From contig JBMFRB010000005.1 in NCBI GenBank assembly GCA_049968255.1, forward strand, positions 165,822 through 229,821: 64,000 nt of DNA, given 5' to 3'. Every line of letters begins with the position of its first letter. Positions within the stretch are counted from its first letter, which is position 1. Positions 37,631 through 47,727 of the stretch are shown one piece after another. The translations under genes were made by a program, and so were the position numbers. Origin of the DNA: Candidatus Sumerlaeaceae bacterium (GTDB lineage Bacteria > Sumerlaeota > Sumerlaeia > Sumerlaeales > Sumerlaeaceae). The notes below the pieces were generated by a model. That model was not told where the DNA came from. It saw only the letters and a list, made by a program, of their open reading frames with translations, and made no database searches.

Positions 37631-39040
37631 TTATTTAGTCACTTGCTCCAGTTTTGTCAGAACATCGGCGGTATTGAAGCGCCCAAGCCACATGTCAACA
37701 CGTTCTCCATCGGGCTTGTAGATCGCAATGAACGGCACGCGGAAAATTCCCAGCTGCTGAGCAAGCTTCGGATCTGAGCTTACGTCAAAATAGAAGGGGA
37801 CTGTCTTGTTCGCAAGCTGCACAAATTCTGAGCTTTTGAGGAATCCCGATTCGAGTTCCTGGCAACGCTTCGCCGCTGAATTGCGGGCATAGAGCAGCAC
37901 CGGCTTGTTGATGCGTTTTGCTTCGTCGAATGCGGCTGTAAAGGAGGTTTTCCAAGCCAGCTCCGTCCCCATAGCTGAAGACGCACCTGTCGCGTCACCT
38001 GCACTGGCCTTGAGTAGCCCGGCATCGGCGAGCGAGGGAAGGGTGACCTCACCACTGCCAGCTGTTTTTGTGACCGCCGACACTCGCTTCATGACATGAA
38101 TGAGACATTCACCCGAGGGACCGGTTTTCATGTCAGGGATGAAAAGCGTTTCCCCGTCCGCGAGCAGTACGGCATCGCTGGGCGACTGCACAAGGCCGTC
38201 GGCGCCAGCGATTTCTGATTTCGTCGCATTGCCCCTCGCATCTACGGCGAAGAGTGTTGCGAGGTCACTCACGGGCATGAGCAGCCGATCCCCGAAAGCA
38301 TCGAAGTACACGCCCTCACCGGCTTTCGGATTTTTCAACATCTCTTGGGTGAGCCGTTCAAGCTTGTAGCCCGAGAGATTGTTGAACTTGCCGCCGCGCC
38401 ACACCCATGCTGCGCCGTTTGCAACACCGTAGATAACTTCGCGCGTGGCATCCACGGCAACGTCGCGTATGGGCGGTTTTTCTCCCGGTGGCGGCAAGAT
38501 CTGTCCGAGGACTCGGCCTGTGCGCGCATCTAGGCAAACCAGTTCAGCAAAACCGTAGGTGGTGAAAAGCTTGTTGCCGGCGAGATCCAATCCTAGCACA
38601 CGCCGATTCGGCCTCACTTCGCCGTTAATGCCAAAAGAGATATCAGGCTTGCCGTCGGGTTTGAATTTGCGAATCCAGGAGTCGTCGCCGCCGGTGTCGC
38701 CAGCCACGTAATAATTCCCGGCTGAATCGACAGCCACTCCGGAATAGCCGCGCAGCGAGGGAAAGGCATTCGTGCACACCACGTAGAATCCGGGCGACTC
38801 GCTAAGCGGCTTGTGGATGTAGATCACAGGCAGATTCACAGGCTTCTCGGAGCGCGTGTTGTTGAATGTGGCGACAACGCAATCGCCCGTGGGGGTGATA
38901 GCCGCAAAAATTGGCGTGTAGGGGCGTGGGATCTGTATGGACTTTACATATTTCCAGTCTTCTGCCTGGACAGAACAAGCTATAAGCGTGAAAGCAATAA
39001 GCAACGTTCTTTTTATCAAGTTATCAGTTTTGTTGGTCAT
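37631..39040 (-). CDS. Exported NHL/SMP-30-like beta-propeller with C-terminal thioredoxin-like domain
   Basis: Signal peptide; GVAVDSAGNYYVAG and DVAVD blades; C-terminal W..SF..A..EAK..NKPVLLY..AKRC..GIFRVP. Confidence 0.7.
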   Translation of the reverse strand: MTNKTDNLIKRTLLIAFTLIACSVQAEDWKYVKSIQIPRPYTPIFAAITPTGDCVVATFNNTRSEKPVNLPVIYIHKPLSESPGFYVVCTNAFPSLRGYSGVAVDSAGNYYVAGDTGGDDSWIRKFKPDGKPDISFGINGEVRPNRRVLGLDLAGNKLFTTYGFAELVCLDARTGRVLGQILPPPGEKPPIRDVAVDATREVIYGVANGAAWVWRGGKFNNLSGYKLERLTQEMLKNPKAGEGVYFDAFGDRLLMPVSDLATLFAVDARGNATKSEIAGADGLVQSPSDAVLLADGETLFIPDMKTGPSGECLIHVMKRVSAVTKTAGSGEVTLPSLADAGLLKASAGDATGASSAMGTELAWKTSFTAAFDEAKRINKPVLLYARNSAAKRCQELESGFLKSSEFVQLANKTVPFYFDVSSDPKLAQQLGIFRVPFIAIYKPDGERVDMWLGRFNTADVLTKLEQVTK

Positions 39041-39165
39041 GGTTTCTTTCCGTTCGCGTGTAGCAAGCCTTTTTAGTACAATACCAAATAAATCGCATAA
39101 GGTTTCTTTATCGAGAAAAGCTTTACGCAAGAAGAAAGATGTTTCTGGCAATTTTTAAGAATTTG

Positions 39166-40959
39166 CTACCCTAAATCGCACCGCCATCTCCGCAAAGCAT
39201 GAGCCAACCAATTTTCGCGTTCTCCTAGCCGATGGCTCGCCATGAAGTTTTCTGGGTTTTTCTCCGGCAATCCATACGGCAAAGTGCAGAAGTAGCAGGC
39301 ACTGTGCGGAAAACCGAACAGGTTACGCAAACGAAATTCCCGCCATTCGGCGCTGTTCCAAATGTCACGGAAATCGGTTTTCCTTAGGTCCCCCAATTTG
39401 GGTTGCATGAGCCCACAGCAGATCGCGAGCTGGCCATCAATGTGGAAGTACGCACGTTCGGCTATCACCTCGCAGAAGCCCTGTACGCGGCGGAACTCGC
39501 CAAAACCATCGATGCGCGAGATCGCCACCTGCTGGCGTAGCCACTGAGCTAGGTTTCGCGAACTGCCCCAGGGATGTTCGCAATAGCATTCAATGGCTCG
39601 AAGGATAGACTGGCAAAGAGTTTTGCCCCAGCTATGGGAACGTAAGGAATGATAGATTCGGCGGGCAGCGCGTCGCCAAGCCGGCTGGGGCATGCAACAA
39701 TTCTGACGCTCGATTTTTGCGATAGCTTCCTCAGTGTAGTTTGGCGGTATTGAAACTAGTCGGAACGGGTAGCGGGCAGCCACTGCTCGCGCTTTGTCGT
39801 AGAACTCGTTCGCGAGTCGGGGATAAAAGCGCAAGGCCTGAGCATAGTAAAAATCGTGGTTCACTTCCCAATCGCCCATTTCGATCACTATAACGAGATC
39901 CACTCCCCACTCGGCAAGCTTGGGAATGAGATGGGGCAGCTCGGCGATATTGTCTTTCACGGCAACAAAATCCACGCCGAGGGAAAAAAGGGGGCCAGGC
40001 TGAAGCTCGCGGCGCAAGCGGGCGATCATTTCCATAGTGGCAACGAGCCGCTCCCATTTGGCGCGGTCGCGGATGAACTCGAACGTCTCTTTTGTTGCCC
40101 CATCTATGGAGACGACAAGAATGGTTGGATGATCCGCTTGCATCATGTCGCGGACCTCTTCCTCGGTGAGCAACATGCCATTTGTAACAATTTCCATGCG
40201 CCGATAGGGGCGCTCGCGAATCCGTTGCCGCAGGTGAGGCCAGGTGCGCGCAAATAACGGCTCGCCGACACCAGTCACATTCACCACTTCGAGAGAGTCG
40301 CCTACTGCGCTAAAAATCTGGTCTATGAGCTCATCGGTGATGTCTTGGCCAGGGGGACTATTTCTTACCGAACACGTGCGACAGCGAAGATTGCAGCGAA
40401 AAGTTGCTGGCACCCACGCATATTTGGGAAGCGGCAGCGCCGTGCTCGCGAAGGTAAAAAGGTGAGCAATGTGCTGCCACGGCAGACGGGCGCGATACTC
40501 GTCAGCCGCGAGCGGTGGACGTCGATTCTGAGCGTGAATAAAAAGGGCTCCTGCTTCTTCTCCCACCGCCACATGTTCAAAATCTGCCTCGAATGCTGCA
40601 GGCAGCTCCGAACGGAAACAATCGTCATCGCGATAGACAAAGTAGCTGTCCTTCGTGCCAGCCCAGCGTGCAAGAATCAGGTCGCCGCCTACCACGACCT
40701 GATCGCGAAGCTTCACCATCTCCTGGCCAAAACGTAGGTAATCGAAATAGTCGAAACTCGCCTCCGCTAAAACACCCGCGACGGGAGCTGCGTGCTCTTG
40801 GATTTCCTCGAGATTGTTGCAAAACCGTGAACAAGAGGAGGCGAAGCGCTCCAAGATGGGACGAGGTGGCGTGCCGACGACAAGATGAATGGCAAGCTGT
40901 CGCTGCATCGCAAGGCCTACGCTAACGTACGGTGGGTGCCTGCTGTCAAGCATAGGCAC
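39166..40959 (-). CDS. Radical SAM protein with SPASM/Twitch domain and N-terminal extension
   Basis: CNLRCRTC, GVGEP, TNG, SIDG; C-terminal C..IDG.LAICC..IWNS..CYFC. Start uncertain (40959, 40953 or 40908). Confidence 0.85.
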   Translation of the reverse strand: MPMLDSRHPPYVSVGLAMQRQLAIHLVVGTPPRPILERFASSCSRFCNNLEEIQEHAAPVAGVLAEASFDYFDYLRFGQEMVKLRDQVVVGGDLILARWAGTKDSYFVYRDDDCFRSELPAAFEADFEHVAVGEEAGALFIHAQNRRPPLAADEYRARLPWQHIAHLFTFASTALPLPKYAWVPATFRCNLRCRTCSVRNSPPGQDITDELIDQIFSAVGDSLEVVNVTGVGEPLFARTWPHLRQRIRERPYRRMEIVTNGMLLTEEEVRDMMQADHPTILVVSIDGATKETFEFIRDRAKWERLVATMEMIARLRRELQPGPLFSLGVDFVAVKDNIAELPHLIPKLAEWGVDLVIVIEMGDWEVNHDFYYAQALRFYPRLANEFYDKARAVAARYPFRLVSIPPNYTEEAIAKIERQNCCMPQPAWRRAARRIYHSLRSHSWGKTLCQSILRAIECYCEHPWGSSRNLAQWLRQQVAISRIDGFGEFRRVQGFCEVIAERAYFHIDGQLAICCGLMQPKLGDLRKTDFRDIWNSAEWREFRLRNLFGFPHSACYFCTLPYGLPEKNPENFMASHRLGERENWLAHALRRWRCDLG

Positions 40960-40985
40960 GCACGCACTATTGCCCTGCGTGTCAC

Positions 40986-41852
40986 TCAGCCGAAGCGGCC
41001 GAGGACGTATTCACGCGTCAGTTCATGCTCAGCGTGTTCGAAAAGTTTTTTCGTTAGGGCAACCTCGACGAGACGGCCGAGATACATAAAAGCGGTGACG
41101 TCAGCCACGCGCTGCGCCTGAGCCATGTTGTGAGTGACGATAATAATGGTAAGGCGGCCGCGCAACTCGTCAATGAGTTCTTCGATGCGCGCCGTGGCGA
41201 TGGGATCTAACGCGGAAGTCGGCTCATCGAGCAGGAGGATTTCCGGCATGGTGGCGAGAGCTCGGGCAAGGCACAGGCGCTGCTGCTGCCCACCGGAAAG
41301 CGACAGAGCATTTTCGTTCAAGCGGTTTCTTGTCTCTTCCCAGAGTGCGGCGCTCTTGAGTGCCCACTCAACTCGATCGCGCAGCTCACTGCCGCGGATG
41401 CCACGCAATCGCAAGCCAAACGCCACGTTTTCAAAAATGGACTTCGGATAAGGGTTGGGTTTTTGAAAAACCATCCCAATGCGCATCCGCATTTCGATGG
41501 GATCAGTGGAAGGCCCCACAATATTCACGCCGTCTGGGTAGAGCGTAATTTCTCCCGCGTAACGATTGCCCGGATAAAGATCGTGCATGCGGTTGAAGCA
41601 TCGCAACAAAGTGGTTTTGCCGCAGCCGGAAGGGCCGATGAGGGCTGTCACACAGTGCTCTTTGATTTCGATGCTGACATCGTGAAGGATCTGATTTGCC
41701 CCATACCAGAAGTTCAAGTGGCGCACTTCGGCTTTGCTTGGGCAGGCTAGTGGATTTGTCAGCGATGGATCTACCACCGTGGGCCCACTCTCATTGTTTT
41801 TGCATTTTGCTCGTCCGAGAATTTCCTGAGGAGCGAGAAGCATGGTGTTCAT
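40986..41852 (-). CDS. pstB: Phosphate ABC transporter ATP-binding protein
   Basis: [34 protein letters not shown] and THNMAQA. Confidence 0.96.
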   Translation of the reverse strand: MNTMLLAPQEILGRAKCKNNESGPTVVDPSLTNPLACPSKAEVRHLNFWYGANQILHDVSIEIKEHCVTALIGPSGCGKTTLLRCFNRMHDLYPGNRYAGEITLYPDGVNIVGPSTDPIEMRMRIGMVFQKPNPYPKSIFENVAFGLRLRGIRGSELRDRVEWALKSAALWEETRNRLNENALSLSGGQQQRLCLARALATMPEILLLDEPTSALDPIATARIEELIDELRGRLTIIIVTHNMAQAQRVADVTAFMYLGRLVEVALTKKLFEHAEHELTREYVLGRFG

Positions 41853-41867
41853 TTGGGGCCATCTCCT

Positions 41868-42776
41868 TTACCAAGAGATTCGGGCACGAGCCCGTTTGCG
41901 CAGAATCATGGCTGTGCTATTGAGCAAGAGGGTAAAGACAATGAGTGCGATGGATGCAGCGGCAGCTACCACGTGAAACGCAGGCTGCGGCCGTGAGACC
42001 CAGTTGAAGACCTGAATCGGCAAAACCGTAAACGGCGAATTGAGCCATTCAAAAGTGATGAAGGGTGGCTTGCTTATGATAGGGGCAGGCGGAAGGAACG
42101 CAATAAAGCTCAGCGCGCCGATTGTGATTAGGGGCGCTGTTTCGCCAACAGCGCGTGAGAGCGCAATAATGACGCCTGTGGCAATGCCCCCCAGAGAATA
42201 CGGCAAAAGATGATGGCGGACAACCTGCCAGCGTGTGCAGCCCTGCGCCACTGCCGCCTCGCGGATCTCACGCGGAATTGAGCGCAGTACTTCGCGGGTG
42301 GCCGTGATGATGATGGGAAGAATCAATAAGGCCAGCGTTATGCCTGCTGCAGCAATGCTGCGGCCAACTCCCAAACCGTGGACAATCACACCTAATGCCA
42401 TCAGGCCATAGATAATTGACGGCACTCCTGCGAGATTTGTGATGTTGAGTTCGATAAGGCTGCTGAACCAGTTTCGCGGCGAAAACTCGTCGAGAAAAAC
42501 GGCTGCGGCGACGCCAATGGGTATCGCCAGAGCGGCAGTGACCAGCATAACAAGACCGGAGCCCACGAGGGCAGACAAGATCCCCGCTTTGTGAGGAAAA
42601 CGCGACGGAAAGGATGTAAAGAACTCCCACGAAATTCTTTGCCAACCTTTCGCGAGAAGGAACACGAGCAGAAGAGCGATGGTCACAAGGCCAAGGCTTG
42701 TGCACGCCGCACCCAGCAGGTGAAACATCCTATCGACTCTGCGGCGCCGAGCGATGGCTCTGCGCATCTCGTTCAT
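41868..42776 (-). CDS. pstA: Phosphate ABC transporter permease
   Basis: NLAGVPSIIYG and SRAVGETAP; operon position. Confidence 0.95.
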   Translation of the reverse strand: MNEMRRAIARRRRVDRMFHLLGAACTSLGLVTIALLLVFLLAKGWQRISWEFFTSFPSRFPHKAGILSALVGSGLVMLVTAALAIPIGVAAAVFLDEFSPRNWFSSLIELNITNLAGVPSIIYGLMALGVIVHGLGVGRSIAAAGITLALLILPIIITATREVLRSIPREIREAAVAQGCTRWQVVRHHLLPYSLGGIATGVIIALSRAVGETAPLITIGALSFIAFLPPAPIISKPPFITFEWLNSPFTVLPIQVFNWVSRPQPAFHVVAAAASIALIVFTLLLNSTAMILRKRARARISW

Positions 42777-43753
42777 TAGTACTCCTCCCGAAAACGCCGA
42801 CGGAGATAATGTGCAATCATGTTAAAACAAAGGTTTAGAACGAAAAGCGTGGCACCCGCGGCGAAAATTGAGCGATACGCCACGCTTCCGTGCGGAGTAT
42901 CGCCCAGGCAGACTTGCACAATGTAGGCTGTGAGAGTAGCAGCACCCTCGGCAGGATTCGCTGTGAAACGCGGCTGCATTCCTGCAGCGACGGCCACGAT
43001 CATGGTCTCGCCAATGGCACGCGAAACAGCCAGCACGTAGGCGGCACCGATCCCTGATAAGGCTGCAGGGATCACCACGCGCACGGCGGTGGTCAACTTG
43101 TTTGCTCCTAGCGCGTAAGCGCCCTCGCGCAGAAGCATCGGCACACTGTGCATCGCGTCCTCGGAGAGCGAGCTCACGTAGGGGATAATCATAATTCCCA
43201 TCACGATGCCAGCACTGAGCATATTGAATTCGCTGAGCCCGGGATAGAGACGTTGAAGCAAGGGTGTGACAAACAGCAGCGCAAAGTAACCAAAGACAAC
43301 CGTGGGCACGGCACTGAGCAGTTCGAGCGTGGGCTTTAATAACTCCCGGACACGGACCGAGGCATATTCGCTGAGGTAGATGGCGATGATGGTGCCAAGT
43401 GGGATTGCGAGAAACAGAGCAATTCCCGTGGTCACTGCGGTCGCCAGAACAAGAGGCGCAATTCCGAACCGCGCGTTAGCGAAGAGCGGCGTCCACTCCT
43501 TGGCGGTCAGGAACTCGCGCACACTGACGTGCTGAAAAAAGCGGAATGTTTCTGTGGCAAGGATCCCCACGATCGCCGTTGTAACGCACACACTGAGCAG
43601 AGCTGCAGCGCCAAGCAGCAGCGCGACCACTCTGTCGGCGCGACGTGCCGCCTTCACCCGCCGAAGCTCTTGCTGCAACCCGTTGGAGTCGGGGACAAAT
43701 CTTAGCGGATCTTGTGCGGCATGGAACTCCATGACTGTATCGCCCATGTTCAT
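42776..43753 (-). CDS. pstC: Phosphate ABC transporter permease
   Basis: WTPLF, PTVVFG, LREGAYALGA and SRAIGETM. Start approximate. Confidence 0.95.
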   Translation of the reverse strand: MNMGDTVMEFHAAQDPLRFVPDSNGLQQELRRVKAARRADRVVALLLGAAALLSVCVTTAIVGILATETFRFFQHVSVREFLTAKEWTPLFANARFGIAPLVLATAVTTGIALFLAIPLGTIIAIYLSEYASVRVRELLKPTLELLSAVPTVVFGYFALLFVTPLLQRLYPGLSEFNMLSAGIVMGIMIIPYVSSLSEDAMHSVPMLLREGAYALGANKLTTAVRVVIPAALSGIGAAYVLAVSRAIGETMIVAVAAGMQPRFTANPAEGAATLTAYIVQVCLGDTPHGSVAYRSIFAAGATLFVLNLCFNMIAHYLRRRFREEY

Positions 43754-43775
43754 CGTCTCGCGGCTCTTGACGACA

Positions 43776-44783
43776 TTAGTTGTGAAGCTGGCCATCAAAG
43801 AGTTGCTCGAACGTCACTCCTGCCTGCGAGTGCATGTGGAAGATTGTTCCCGTCTCTCGTTTTTTCAGGCGCTGCTTAGCTTTTTCGTAAGCATCCTTTG
43901 GAAGCGGGACGTATCCAACCTCCTTGGCGAGGTCGCCGATATGATCCAGGTAAAACTGGACGAACTCCTCCACTTCCGGACGTTTGAGGCTTTCGGCGTT
44001 TACGTAGAGGAAAAGCGGGCGCGATAACGGGAAGTATTTGCCGTTGTGCACCGTTTCGTCCGACGGCTCAACGGGCCCCTTGCCCGCATCAATGGGCACA
44101 ACCTTTAGCCGATTTCGATTTTCCACGTAATACGCGTAGCCAAAGTAGCCGAGGGCTCCTTTTTGCTTGGAGACTCCCTGCACCAGGACATTGTCGTCCT
44201 CGCTGGCCATGTAGTCGCCGCGGCTGGCCTTGGATTTGCCCACGATCACTTCGGTGAAGTAGTCGAAGGTGCCGCTATCAGTTCCGGGGCCGAACAGCGA
44301 AAGAGGTGTGTCAGGGAAGGAGGCGCGGATCTGTTTCCAGTTGGTGATTTTGCCTTGAGCCTCGGGCGCCCAGATGCGCCGCAATTCGTCCGTTGTGAGA
44401 TGATCCACCCACGAGTTATCGGGATGGACCACAACAGAAAGAGCATCGAAGGCAATGGCAAGCTCGAGGAATTTGATTCCATCACGACGTGCTTGCTCAA
44501 ATTCCTGCTGAAGTATGGGACGCGAGGCATTGCTGATGTCGGTTTCTTTGCGTAGGAATTTCTTGAAGCCGCCCCCCGTGCCGCTGATCCCAACGGTGAC
44601 GTTCACGGCCCCTTGCTTGGCTTTTTGGAACTCTTCGGCTACTGCCTCGGTAAGCGGATAAACAGTGCTGGAACCGTCAATGCTGATGGTTGGTTTTTGC
44701 GCAAACGCCAAGGCGGGTAGGCCCAGGGCCAAGCAGGCCGCGGTTATCCTTTTATGCCAACAATTTATCATGTTATTCTCCAT
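43776..44783 (-). CDS. pstS: Phosphate ABC transporter substrate-binding protein
   Basis: DGSSTV.P, SGTGGGF, SGTFDYF and PLSRPLF; signal peptide. Confidence 0.96.
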   Translation of the reverse strand: MENNMINCWHKRITAACLALGLPALAFAQKPTISIDGSSTVYPLTEAVAEEFQKAKQGAVNVTVGISGTGGGFKKFLRKETDISNASRPILQQEFEQARRDGIKFLELAIAFDALSVVVHPDNSWVDHLTTDELRRIWAPEAQGKITNWKQIRASFPDTPLSLFGPGTDSGTFDYFTEVIVGKSKASRGDYMASEDDNVLVQGVSKQKGALGYFGYAYYVENRNRLKVVPIDAGKGPVEPSDETVHNGKYFPLSRPLFLYVNAESLKRPEVEEFVQFYLDHIGDLAKEVGYVPLPKDAYEKAKQRLKKRETGTIFHMHSQAGVTFEQLFDGQLHN

Positions 44784-44855
44784 TGTCGGTTGATGATTGC
44801 GATAGGATCATAAACGGTGCAGTTACTTTTTAGAAAATGGTGCAGCCAAGCGCAC

Positions 44856-44895
44856 GTGACAGTTGTGCGACAAGATTGTGACACGAATATGACAA
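44856..44895 (-). promoter_or_regulatory. Pho box: four PhoB/PhoP-type half-sites
   Basis: Minus strand reads TTGTCAT-ATTC-GTGTCAC-AATC-TTGTCGC-ACAA-CTGTCAC with an exact 11-bp period, about 70 bp upstream of pstS; matches the CTGTCA(T/C)-N4 consensus. Confidence 0.88.
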
Positions 44896-44961
44896 GAGGG
44901 GCTTGCCCGACGTGGCTCTGAAAGATTGTAACGAGAGTGACGGACGTTTTTTCCGGATGCC

Positions 44962-46104
44962 TCAGGGCCGCAAACGAAGATAATTTGCAAGAGCATGCGT
45001 GATCAGCTCCGCGGCGGAGCGACAGGATTCCTGGAAAGTGACACCGACAGCGAATTCTACGATTGCGACGCCTTCACGATAAGCTCGCTCTCGCGCGTAT
45101 TTGTCAGCTGTGGCGCAAATGATTGCGGCTGCCTTGCCGTGGGAGCGAGCCAGTTGCGCCACGCGCCATGGCGCTTTGCCGCCGAAACTTGTCGCGTCGA
45201 AGCGTCCCTCAGCCGTCACAATAAGATCGGCAGTTTCGAAAACTCTCCGGAAGATGGGCATTCGTAAAAACAGCAGCGCACCTGCTGAGAGTTCTGCTCC
45301 GAGCGAGAGAAAGGCCAAACCCAAGCCGCCAGCCGCACCGGCGCCTGCGCAGTCACGAAGATCTCTGCCTAAAGCCGCCGCGAGGCGGTCGGCCCACCCA
45401 GACAAATGTTTTTCGAGCCATTCGACATCAACCGGGGTTGCCCCTTTTTGGGGCGCAAAATGCTTGGCTGCGCCGGTGGGTCCTAGCAGAGGACTTTCCA
45501 CGTCCGAGGCTAGGCGAAAGTTCACTCCGGCCTTGCGCAATGCCCCGGTTAAAGCAGACCAAGCAAAATCAGGCGGATCAGCAAGATCGCGAGCCACTAA
45601 CCAACGGACATCCGAGAGAGGCCGGTCCGCGACAAACACGTCGTGCAGGACACCCAGCATGCCGAGCCCGCCGTCGCATGTGGCACTTCCGCCAAGGCCG
45701 ACAAGGATTTCTCGTGCACCGGCTTGCCACGCTTGGACAAGGAGTTCACCCAGTCCGCCTGTGCCAAGTTCGAGAATCTGACGTGCCGCTGGTGGCACTC
45801 GGCGCATGCCGACGGCCTCCGCGGATTCAATTACGGCCTGGTGCTCGGCTGGGTCAATAGCGTAGCTTGCTGTGATGGTCACACCATGGGGTGCACGGAC
45901 AATCGCTTTTCGCATTTGGAGGCTAGAGCGCGCGCTGACGGCTGCTTCGAGAAAACCGTCGCCCCCGTCGCTGATGCATAGTTCGGCCAGTGGTTGGAAC
46001 CCCGCCACGCGTACTCCTGCGACGAGGGCATGCAAACACTGCCGCGCCGTGAGCGATTCTTTCAGTGCGTGGCCGATGCATGCAACACGTAGCGATTCGG
46101 GCAC
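44962..46104 (-). CDS. Glycerate kinase (GlxK/GarK family)
   Basis: KESL.A, SDGGDG, GLGGSATCDGG.G, FAPQKGA, GAGAAGG and EGRFD..S..GK. Confidence 0.9.
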   Translation of the reverse strand: MPESLRVACIGHALKESLTARQCLHALVAGVRVAGFQPLAELCISDGGDGFLEAAVSARSSLQMRKAIVRAPHGVTITASYAIDPAEHQAVIESAEAVGMRRVPPAARQILELGTGGLGELLVQAWQAGAREILVGLGGSATCDGGLGMLGVLHDVFVADRPLSDVRWLVARDLADPPDFAWSALTGALRKAGVNFRLASDVESPLLGPTGAAKHFAPQKGATPVDVEWLEKHLSGWADRLAAALGRDLRDCAGAGAAGGLGLAFLSLGAELSAGALLFLRMPIFRRVFETADLIVTAEGRFDATSFGGKAPWRVAQLARSHGKAAAIICATADKYARERAYREGVAIVEFAVGVTFQESCRSAAELITHALANYLRLRP

Positions 46105-46216
46105 TGCTCTTTATCACCTCACACGTATGAATTCTTTGGCGCCAGGCCTCCCCTTCGTCCGCCGCAGCTGGTCTTTCCGAGTATCGCGACACGCTGCGAT
46201 GCAAAGACACGAGGTT

Positions 46217-46615
46217 TTATTCTTCTTGCTTCGCGGGGGAGCTAGACTCAACCCTTGGCGCGCCTTGTCCTTCGATTTGCCGGAAAAGCTCGAGCAGGCG
46301 AGACACCTCTTTGACGGAGGGGTCGAAATCGAAGTGCAGGTCAGGCAGGTATTTGAGCACAACACGTTCGCCAAGCATCCGTTTGATATAACCGCGCGAA
46401 TGGTTGAGGCCGGCCACCGTCTCCCTACACTCTGCATCGCTGCCAAGGACGCTGACCCACACCCGCGCATAGTGCAAATCTTTTGAGACCACGACGCGGT
46501 TCACGGAGATGATACGTTCTGCGACGCGCGGGTCCTTAACTTCGGTCATGACAATTTCGGCAATCGCTGCGCGAATCTCCTCGTTGACGCGTTGCATTCG
46601 TGAGTGCAATGCCAT
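46217..46615 (-). CDS. rbfA: 30S ribosome-binding factor A
   Basis: R..RV.E.I, VKDPR, V.VSKDL..ARV and P.L.F..D; GGAG RBS. Confidence 0.93.
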   Translation of the reverse strand: MALHSRMQRVNEEIRAAIAEIVMTEVKDPRVAERIISVNRVVVSKDLHYARVWVSVLGSDAECRETVAGLNHSRGYIKRMLGERVVLKYLPDLHFDFDPSVKEVSRLLELFRQIEGQGAPRVESSSPAKQEE

Positions 46616-46660
46616 CGTCGCTCTCCTTCCTCTTGATGCACCTAGCCATGACATGTGCTA

Positions 46661-46699
46661 CAAAACAAACGCGGAGGACTTCGGGGAGCGTCCTCCGCG
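46661..46699 (-). terminator. Intrinsic terminator after the paralog pair
   Basis: Perfect 10-bp stem CGCGGAGGAC/GTCCTCCGCG followed on the minus strand by TTTGTTTTG. Confidence 0.8.
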
Positions 46700-46731
46700 C
46701 TATGGGGAACTCGAAAATTTTGCTCTTCAGC

Positions 46732-47157
46732 TCAGCGGGTGATTTTCGGATCGCCTTCTTGGTCAAAGTAGGGCAGTTGCTCGCCCCACACGCTGGGCAG
46801 CGGTGTCTCGGGCTCCATCAGCGGTTCATAGTTGGCCGGCACGGGGATGGGGAAGGTTACGGTTTCGTAGGCACCCACGACCATACGCGTCGCAGCCCAG
46901 CCCACGCCTTTAACACCACCGACAATCACGCCGGTCACGGGATCACTTTTCCGCCATTCGCGCGAGATGTTTTTCGGAACTTCAATGACACCGGTGAAAA
47001 TGTTGGCCAGCCCACGCCCCAGTTTGTGCTGCATTTTGTTGAAGGCGCTGCCCTCACGGTACTCCTCGCCATAACGCTGGGCCACTGCTGGGAGAGTCGC
47101 ACCCACTAAGCCCAAAACGGCCAGCGAGACCAGCACTTTCGTGAACATCGCTTTCAT
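46732..47157 (-). CDS. TIGR04073-like (exosortase-associated) small exported protein, paralog 2
   Basis: Signal peptide; KLGRGLAN..TG..EVPK..G..KG..R...GAYE.VTFPIP; GGAGG-like RBS. Confidence 0.75.
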   Translation of the reverse strand: MKAMFTKVLVSLAVLGLVGATLPAVAQRYGEEYREGSAFNKMQHKLGRGLANIFTGVIEVPKNISREWRKSDPVTGVIVGGVKGVGWAATRMVVGAYETVTFPIPVPANYEPLMEPETPLPSVWGEQLPYFDQEGDPKITR

Positions 47158-47221
47158 TTCCGAAATCCTCCGAAACTTTTTTGTTTTTCGTGACGCGTAT
47201 GCTTGCGCTTTACGGTTGCTC

Positions 47222-47632
47222 TTAATGAGTCAGTTTGTTCGAGTAGCGGGAACGATAATAGTCTTCAGCCCCCCAATCCACAGCGTCTTCCATGGGTGTC
47301 TCGGGGTAGACCACAGGCTGGTATTTCGCAGGCACGTCAATGGGGAATGTCACCATCTCAAAAAGGCCGGCACCTAGACGCTGCACTCCCTTGAATACCC
47401 CGCGGCCGGTGCCAGTGACAACGCCACTCAGCGGATCCACGTTTTGCCAGTCGCGATTAATTTCTTTGGGCACTTCCACCCAACAAAACACCGTGTTGGT
47501 CAAACCGCGTAGGAATTTTCGCCCTGAGCGGGCCGGCACGGACTCGTCATAAAACGGCCCACGCCCAAAGGCACTTGCCATACTCAACACGAAGGCGATC
47601 ACCGTCGCCCCTGTGATTAGTCGTTTCATCAT
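47222..47632 (-). CDS. TIGR04073-like (exosortase-associated) small exported protein, paralog 1
   Basis: Signal peptide; KFLRGLTN...WVEVPK..R...GLFEMVTFPI..PETP; clearly similar to the downstream gene. Confidence 0.75.
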   Translation of the reverse strand: MMKRLITGATVIAFVLSMASAFGRGPFYDESVPARSGRKFLRGLTNTVFCWVEVPKEINRDWQNVDPLSGVVTGTGRGVFKGVQRLGAGLFEMVTFPIDVPAKYQPVVYPETPMEDAVDWGAEDYYRSRYSNKLTH

Positions 47633-47727
47633 GCTTAGGCCTTTTTTCACATTTCCAGTAATTTACATCCGTGAGTTGTAATTGGGGCAAGATAGCCAAG
47701 CAAGAAAAAAATCGGGAGCAGCAGACA

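Noticed and set aside
47657-47685. Imperfect inverted repeat upstream of the ZnuA-like gene as a Zur box
   Set aside because: Short, imperfect, and unlike the Zur consensus spacing I know.
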